The notes beneath the pieces were generated by a model. The model had not been told where the DNA came from, ran no database searches, and was given only the letters and a program-made list of their open reading frames with translations. The position numbers were made by a program, and so were the translations under genes. Positions 58,914-64,000 of a stretch of 64,000 bases of DNA are shown here, piece by piece. Source of the DNA: an uncultured Bacilli bacterium (GTDB lineage: Bacteria > Bacillota_I > Bacilli_A > ML615J-28 > CAG-698); the NCBI GenBank assembly GCA_947627195.1, contig CANQVC010000001.1, positions 28,618 to 92,617 on the forward strand, written 5' to 3'. Positions within the stretch are counted from its first letter, which is position 1, and every line of letters starts with the position of its first letter.

Positions 58914-60386
58914 ATGAATTATAAAATGATCTTTTATATGCTTGGTCAATTATTAAAAATTGTTGCTTTTTTCTTACTTTTTCCTTTAATAATTTCTTTA
59001 TGTTATAAAGAAAATACATGGTATGCATTTCTCATTCCATTAGTTATTTTATTTATTATAGGGTTTATTTTAAGTTATAAAAAACCAGAAAATAAAATAA
59101 TATATGCGAAAGAAGGATTTGTCATAACAGGAATTAGTTGGATTTTAATATCATTATTTGGCTCCCTACCTTTTATTATTAGTCGTGATATAACTAATTT
59201 TGCTGATGCTTTTTTTGAAACAGTGTCAGGTTTTACCACGACAGGAGCAACAATCTTAAATGATATTGAGGCATTAGGTAAAGGAATGTTATTTTGGCGT
59301 AGCCTTACCCACTGGATAGGAGGAATGGGAGTTTTAGTCTTTATGATTGCCATTATCCCAACATCTGATGCGAGAAGTATTAACTTAATGAAGGCTGAAT
59401 CGACAGGTCCCCAAGTAGGTAAATTAGTATATAAAGTTAAAACAACAGCTAGAATTTTATATTCAATTTATATTGTATTAACATTAATTGAAATAATTTT
59501 ATTATTATGTGGTGGAATGCCTTTATATGATTCCCTTGTTCATTCGTTTGGAACAGCAGGAACAGGTGGATATAGTATGTATCAAGATAGTATAGGTTAT
59601 TATGCATTACATGGTTATAATAATGCTGTTTATTTTGAAGTAGTTATTACAATATTTATGTTTATTTTTGGCATAAATTTTAATATATTTTTCTTAATAT
59701 TAATTGGTAATTTAAAAAATGCTTTTAAAAATAAAGAATTAATTGGTTATTTTTCTATTGTTGCGATAGCAATAATAGTTGTTACCTTGAATTTATATTT
59801 TAATGTAAAAGATGCTTATAATACAATAGGAGAATCATTAAGATATTCCTCATTTCATGTCGTCTCCGTTGTTACCACAACAGGATTTTGCACAGCTGAT
59901 TATAATACATGGCCAGCATTATCACAATGTATAATTGTCTTTTTAATGTTTGTTGGGGCATGTGCAGGTTCCACTGGTGGTGGATTAAAAGTATCAAGAG
60001 TAATTATTTTAATTAAATCATTCTTTCGCGAAGTTAAAAGTTTATTACATCCTAAAAGTGTTAAAGTAATAACAATGGATAAAAAACCATTAGATGAATC
60101 AGTAATAAAAGGTGTTAATGTCTTCTTTATTACTTATATAATTATTTTAGGAATAGTCACATTTATTATTTCCATTGATGGACAAGACATACTAACTAAT
60201 TTTACGGCAACATTATCTTGTTTAAGTAATGTTGGTCCTGGATTAGGAAAAGTAGGACCAGTTGGGAACTTTGCTATTTTTTCTAATTTTTCCAAAATAA
60301 TATTATCAATTACAATGTTAGCAGGAAGATTAGAAATATTTCCTATTTTATTATTGTTTTATCCAAAAACTTGGAAAAACTTTTAA
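58914..60386 (+). CDS. trkH: Trk/Ktr potassium transporter membrane subunit TrkH
   Basis: Polytopic membrane protein with selectivity-filter-like repeats TGFTTTGA, GTAGTGG, TTTGF and STGGG. Confidence 0.88.
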   Translation: MNYKMIFYMLGQLLKIVAFFLLFPLIISLCYKENTWYAFLIPLVILFIIGFILSYKKPENKIIYAKEGFVITGISWILISLFGSLPFIISRDITNFADAFFETVSGFTTTGATILNDIEALGKGMLFWRSLTHWIGGMGVLVFMIAIIPTSDARSINLMKAESTGPQVGKLVYKVKTTARILYSIYIVLTLIEIILLLCGGMPLYDSLVHSFGTAGTGGYSMYQDSIGYYALHGYNNAVYFEVVITIFMFIFGINFNIFFLILIGNLKNAFKNKELIGYFSIVAIAIIVVTLNLYFNVKDAYNTIGESLRYSSFHVVSVVTTTGFCTADYNTWPALSQCIIVFLMFVGACAGSTGGGLKVSRVIILIKSFFREVKSLLHPKSVKVITMDKKPLDESVIKGVNVFFITYIIILGIVTFIISIDGQDILTNFTATLSCLSNVGPGLGKVGPVGNFAIFSNFSKIILSITMLAGRLEIFPILLLFYPKTWKNF

Positions 60387-60406
60387 AATTATAATATATA
60401 TATTTT

Positions 60407-60443
60407 GTGTAGTTGATTATTTATATCAATTACACCTTTTTTA
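60407..60443 (+). terminator. Rho-independent terminator
   Basis: gtgtagttgat-tatttat-atcaattacac followed by cttttttaatttt. Confidence 0.75.
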
Positions 60444-60497
60444 ATTTTCTAATTATTTCAATTTATAAAAAGAAGAAGATGATTAAAAATAAAATAG

Positions 60498-61304
60498 GTG
60501 ATAATATTGCATAAAATTATTAAATTTATAAAAAAATTAAAATATTTAGATGAAAAATATGAAATATCAATTGTAAGTGCCCAAACATCATTTTATATAA
60601 TTGTTGCTTCATTTTCTTTTATAACATTAGGATTACAAATATATTATTATTTTTTCCAAGGAGCAAATAATTATTTTATAAATAAAATATATGATATTAT
60701 AAATCCTATTTATTATGATACATTTAATAAATTAAACCCAATATTTAGTTTAAATCACTTTTCTTTTATATTATTGATTAATTTATTATGGTCATCATCA
60801 AAAACAATTAATGGCATAAATCGAGCTGCAGATTTAATTTATAAAGATGTGAAAAAGAGAAAAGGAATATTTATAAGAATAACATCATTTTTAATGTTTT
60901 TAATGTTATTTAGTATTTTATTATTTGAATTAGTCATATTTGTCTTTGCTTCAGATTTTCTTCAAAATAAAATTCATAATTTTTATATTTATCAAATAAT
61001 TGAAGCAATTATTTTATTTTTTTTAATTTATATATTAATGATATTATTAGATATGTATTGTCCACCAGTCATAATGAAAATAAAAGATGCTTATAAAGGA
61101 GCATTTATTCAAACAACATTATTATCATTGACATTATTTTTCTTTTTAAGTATTATTAATTTATATCAATATATTAATCCAAATTATCAAATTTTATCAA
61201 TAATTTCATTATTATTTATTTGGATATATATTATTATATATATAATTGTTTTTGGCATTTTATTTAATTATATTTTAAATAAAAAACAAGAATTATCAAA
61301 TTAG
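60498..61304 (+). CDS. YihY/BrkB-family membrane protein (start uncertain)
   Basis: Polytopic membrane protein. The N-terminal SIVSAQTSFYIIVASFSF resembles the YihY signature. There is no ATG near the 5' end, only GTG 60498 and TTG 60507. Confidence 0.55.
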   Translation: MIILHKIIKFIKKLKYLDEKYEISIVSAQTSFYIIVASFSFITLGLQIYYYFFQGANNYFINKIYDIINPIYYDTFNKLNPIFSLNHFSFILLINLLWSSSKTINGINRAADLIYKDVKKRKGIFIRITSFLMFLMLFSILLFELVIFVFASDFLQNKIHNFYIYQIIEAIILFFLIYILMILLDMYCPPVIMKIKDAYKGAFIQTTLLSLTLFFFLSIINLYQYINPNYQILSIISLLFIWIYIIIYIIVFGILFNYILNKKQELSN

Positions 61305-61368
61305 AAAAAATTAGAATAGATTTAAATATATAGAATTGTGAAAAATAAATTTGAAAGGAGATAATTAA

Positions 61369-62193
61369 ATGAATAAATATATTGAATATTATAAATTTTA
61401 TAAATATTTAAAATTTCTTTTAGCTTTAATATTTTTATTAACTTTTATATTTTTAATATTATTACAGCCACTAAATGTTTTTGCATATAATATTAATAAT
61501 AATAATTATTATTATCATTATGGCTGGGGATTTCGTAATAATAATGATCATACTCCCCCTGAAATAGGTAAATATAAAGAAGAAATAGCTAATACAGATG
61601 CATTTTATATTGGTGACTCTTTAAAACATAATATCTATTTAACGTTCGATGCTGGTTATGATAATGGCAATTTAGCATCAATTTTAGATATATTACAAGA
61701 AAAAGAAGTTCAAGCAACATTTTTTATAACAGGTGATTTTTTAAATAGATGTAGTGATTTAGTTAAAAGAATAGCAAACGAAGGACATTTAGTAGGAAAT
61801 CATACATGGCATCATTATAATATTACAAAATTAAATAAACAAGAATTAGAAAAAGAAATAAAACAAGTTGAGGATAAATATTATGAAATAACCAATAAGG
61901 AAATCAACCATTTCTTTAGACCGCCTGAAGGTGAATTCAATCATCAAAGTTTAGAAAATGTAAAAGCAATTGGTTATAAAACAATATTTTGGTCATTAGC
62001 CTATAAAGATTGGGATACCAAACATCAACATGGCAAAGATTATGCTTATAATTCAGTTATGAATAAAATACATAATGGAGCTATTATTTTAATGCATACT
62101 GTATCAACTGATAATAAAGAAGCTTTACCTTATATAATTGATGAACTAAGAAATCAAGGATATATATTTTCATCATTAAATGATTTTAACTAA
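61369..62193 (+). CDS. Polysaccharide deacetylase (NodB domain), PdaA-like
   Basis: YLTFDAGYDNGN, ATFFITGDF, EGHLVGNHTWHH and IILMH match NodB motifs with the PdaA-type TFDxG. Confidence 0.8.
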   Translation: MNKYIEYYKFYKYLKFLLALIFLLTFIFLILLQPLNVFAYNINNNNYYYHYGWGFRNNNDHTPPEIGKYKEEIANTDAFYIGDSLKHNIYLTFDAGYDNGNLASILDILQEKEVQATFFITGDFLNRCSDLVKRIANEGHLVGNHTWHHYNITKLNKQELEKEIKQVEDKYYEITNKEINHFFRPPEGEFNHQSLENVKAIGYKTIFWSLAYKDWDTKHQHGKDYAYNSVMNKIHNGAIILMHTVSTDNKEALPYIIDELRNQGYIFSSLNDFN

Positions 62194-62279
62194 ATAAATT
62201 TAAGAAAATTGTTTTCAAATGAATGAAAAAGTAGTATAATATGATTATAAGATTAAATTATATGAAGGAGAGTAACATA

Positions 62280-64000
62280 ATGAATATTTTTAAAGAAACA
62301 ACACTAAAACAAAAAACACTAAATAATAAAAAAACAATTAAAATCTTTAAATCTTTTTATATTGTTTTATTTTTCTTCTTTGTTATGTTTTCATTACAAA
62401 TACTTCCTGTATTTGCTGCTGATACAACATATTATAATGATGATAAATCTTATAATTTCACTTCAACAGAAGAAAAAGTTAGTGAATTATATACAGGAAC
62501 TACATTTACATCAGATCATGGTTATACAACTAGAGGACAAACAAAGACTGAACAAGACGTATTTGTTTTAAAACAAAAATCAGATGCTTCACAAGGTATT
62601 AAAACAGTAACATGGGCAATATATGATTCAGGCTCTCAATCTTCTCATAAAGCATTTGAAAGAAAGAATTTAGGTGCTATCGCAGAAGATTATGAAAAGA
62701 ATCACCCAGGATGGAAAGTATTAGGAGGAATTAATGCTGACCAATATTTCTTTAATTATGGTACTAAGTTAGGACAAGATGGTAGTGACATATTTGTTAA
62801 CCAACCATATTATCCAATGATAGCAGATGGAGAAAATTGGTTTACATATAATGCAACTGGGGAAAATAGTAATGTAGTTGGTTTCACAAATGATCCAACA
62901 AAAAATGCTTTTGTATATGGTGCTAGACAAAGAACTGGATTTAAATTATATGTTTATGATGAAAACAAACAATTAATTGGCAAATTCCCAATTGATTATT
63001 TAAATCCTGATTCGCCAAATAAACCATCAACAACATCTAATTCCACTGTTTTATATGCTTTGTATAATCAAGATAAAGAAGGTAAATCAACAAGTAGTGC
63101 TACAACATCAATGGATGTAACAAGTACAAATGATTTATTTATCGTTTCCAACGCAGAAAAAGCATTTGTAAGTAATTCAAGAACTTGGAGTTGGTATAAA
63201 ACAAGTGCAATTGATGCATTTTTTGGTAAAGGTACAATTGATTTAACAGCTAAACAAACAACATTAAAAACAAATCAATTTGCCATTGATACAACAAATC
63301 AAGAATTAAAAAATGTTTTAAAAGTTGGATCTTATGTAATGGCTCAATATGAATTTGATGATGAAATGGAAGTTTGTGATGAAGGAATAGGTTTCCATAC
63401 CGTACAAAGACAAAATAATAAAGATAATAATGTTGCTAATTCATATAATAGTAGAGCATATCCTCGTTCAGTATTTGGCTTTACTAGTGATGGATCAACA
63501 ATATTATTAACATGTAATGGTGGAACAGCTGGAAGTTCACATGGCTTATATGCCCAAGAAATAAATGCTGTTTTAAAGAAATATGATGTGACTGATGCAT
63601 TCCAAATGGATGGTGGAGGATCTGTTACGATGGTAGTTCGTAACGACAAAGGTAAATTTGATACAGTAACAAAAGGTAGTGATGGCAATGATCGTTCTAT
63701 CTTAAGTGGTTTATTCTTTGTTGTTCGTGATATCCAAGCTGATATAACACCAAATGTGCAAAATACTAATTCAATTGAAATGAATGTGAAAATAAATGAT
63801 AATGCTGGAAGAGATATTGATAAAGTATATTTACAATTAGTTGGTAAAAATAGTTCTGGTAAAACTGAAACATTCTTAGAAGAAGTAGTAAATGAAAAAG
63901 TAACATTTAATAATTTATCATCTAATAGTTCATTTACTTATAAATTATTTGTTCAATATAAAGGTAATACTAATAAATCTAAAACATTCCAAGAAGGAAC
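62280..64000 (+). CDS. Secreted phosphodiester glycosidase family (NAGPA/DUF2233) protein, 3'-truncated by the window edge
   Basis: My own translation from ATG 62280 (RBS GAAGGAG 9 nt upstream) stays open to nt 64000. The signal peptide reads ...LQILPVFAAD. PRSVFGFTSDGSTILLTCNG...GLYAQEINAVLKKYDVTDAFQMDGGGSVTMV is the family core. It is absent from the ORF track because it has no stop. Confidence 0.75.
   Translation, partial: MNIFKETTLKQKTLNNKKTIKIFKSFYIVLFFFFVMFSLQILPVFAADTTYYNDDKSYNFTSTEEKVSELYTGTTFTSDHGYTTRGQTKTEQDVFVLKQKSDASQGIKTVTWAIYDSGSQSSHKAFERKNLGAIAEDYEKNHPGWKVLGGINADQYFFNYGTKLGQDGSDIFVNQPYYPMIADGENWFTYNATGENSNVVGFTNDPTKNAFVYGARQRTGFKLYVYDENKQLIGKFPIDYLNPDSPNKPSTTSNSTVLYALYNQDKEGKSTSSATTSMDVTSTNDLFIVSNAEKAFVSNSRTWSWYKTSAIDAFFGKGTIDLTAKQTTLKTNQFAIDTTNQELKNVLKVGSYVMAQYEFDDEMEVCDEGIGFHTVQRQNNKDNNVANSYNSRAYPRSVFGFTSDGSTILLTCNGGTAGSSHGLYAQEINAVLKKYDVTDAFQMDGGGSVTMVVRNDKGKFDTVTKGSDGNDRSILSGLFFVVRDIQADITPNVQNTNSIEMNVKINDNAGRDIDKVYLQLVGKNSSGKTETFLEEVVNEKVTFNNLSSNSSFTYKLFVQYKGNTNKSKTFQEG

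Noticed and set aside
1900-59353. About 25 short ORFs (60-150 aa) nested inside larger genes, mostly minus-strand. Examples: 1900-2118 (+), 7611-7793, 10484-10720, 16105-16473, 18045-18290, 20219-20443, 38567-38818, 42512-42769, 46661-46927, 52075-52263, 57854-58123 and 59075-59353.
   Set aside because: All are nested within confidently assigned + strand genes, either antisense or out of frame. They have I/L/F/S-rich compositions typical of off-frame or antisense reading of AT-rich coding DNA, and none has a convincing RBS.
62362-63688. The + ORF at 62362-62571 and the - ORF at 63344-63688 from the track.
   Set aside because: Both lie inside, and out of frame with or antisense to, the long open frame 62280 to beyond 64000. 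That frame has an RBS, a signal peptide and a recognisable enzyme core.
1-64000. CRISPR arrays, transposases, integrases, phage or defence-system genes.
   Set aside because: No repeat-spacer periodicity was seen. No ORF has transposase, recombinase, nuclease or helicase signatures. The accessory content is surface-protein and c-di-GMP signalling genes instead.
1-64000. Mollicutes-type genetic code (TGA = Trp), suggested by the low GC and the short CIRCE-controlled ClpB.
   Set aside because: TGA clearly terminates genes (e.g. ylmG at 33774-33776 and the M16 gene at 40936-40938). Trp codons in conserved motifs are TGG, and long ORFs are intact under code 11.

Overview
The window is very AT-rich low-GC Firmicute (Bacillota) chromosome. 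It uses the standard code: TGA terminates genes (e.g. 33774-33776 and 40936-40938) and Trp is TGG. Almost all genes are on the + strand. I infer an Erysipelotrichia-like lineage from three traits: an N-domain-less ClpB behind a perfect CIRCE operator, a ylmE-sepF-ylmG-ylmH-ileS block, and a pdaA-like gene. No rRNA, tRNA, CRISPR array, transposase or integrase genes were seen.

The window contains three kinds of content.

(1) 3-22953 is an accessory surface and signalling region. It starts with a giant GLUG-repeat surface protein whose 5' end lies off-window. Four GGDEF/EAL (c-di-GMP) genes follow. One of them closes a tightly coupled three-gene operon that also encodes an orphan solute-binding / 5'-nucleotidase-C fusion lipoprotein and a BspA-type LRR lipoprotein.

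(2) 22969-49457 and 56661-62193 are housekeeping. Genes in order:
- S-box riboswitch and metK, acyl-ACP thioesterase, radical SAM (TIGR01212-like), alanine:cation symporter
- a promoter- and terminator-bounded structured RNA that I read as a 6S RNA candidate
- argS, M42 peptidase, ylmE/sepF/ylmG/ylmH, ileS, deoC, deoD, an M16 peptidase pair
- CIRCE and clpB, nudF, feoAB plus a Cys-rich peptide, a HAD hydrolase
- degV, trkAH, yihY, pdaA

(3) 49532-56540 is the most unusual locus. It is a six-gene operon headed by a SipW-type (ER/archaeal-type) signal peptidase. It encodes two small TasA-like proteins, two small membrane-anchored proteins, and a 1244-aa protein. That large protein joins a TasA-type signal and N-terminal module to three GLUG modules and a C-terminal beta-helix.

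The window ends inside a phosphodiester-glycosidase-family secreted protein (62280 to beyond 64000) that the ORF track missed because it has no stop. All functional calls come from motif recognition by eye. No database searches were run.
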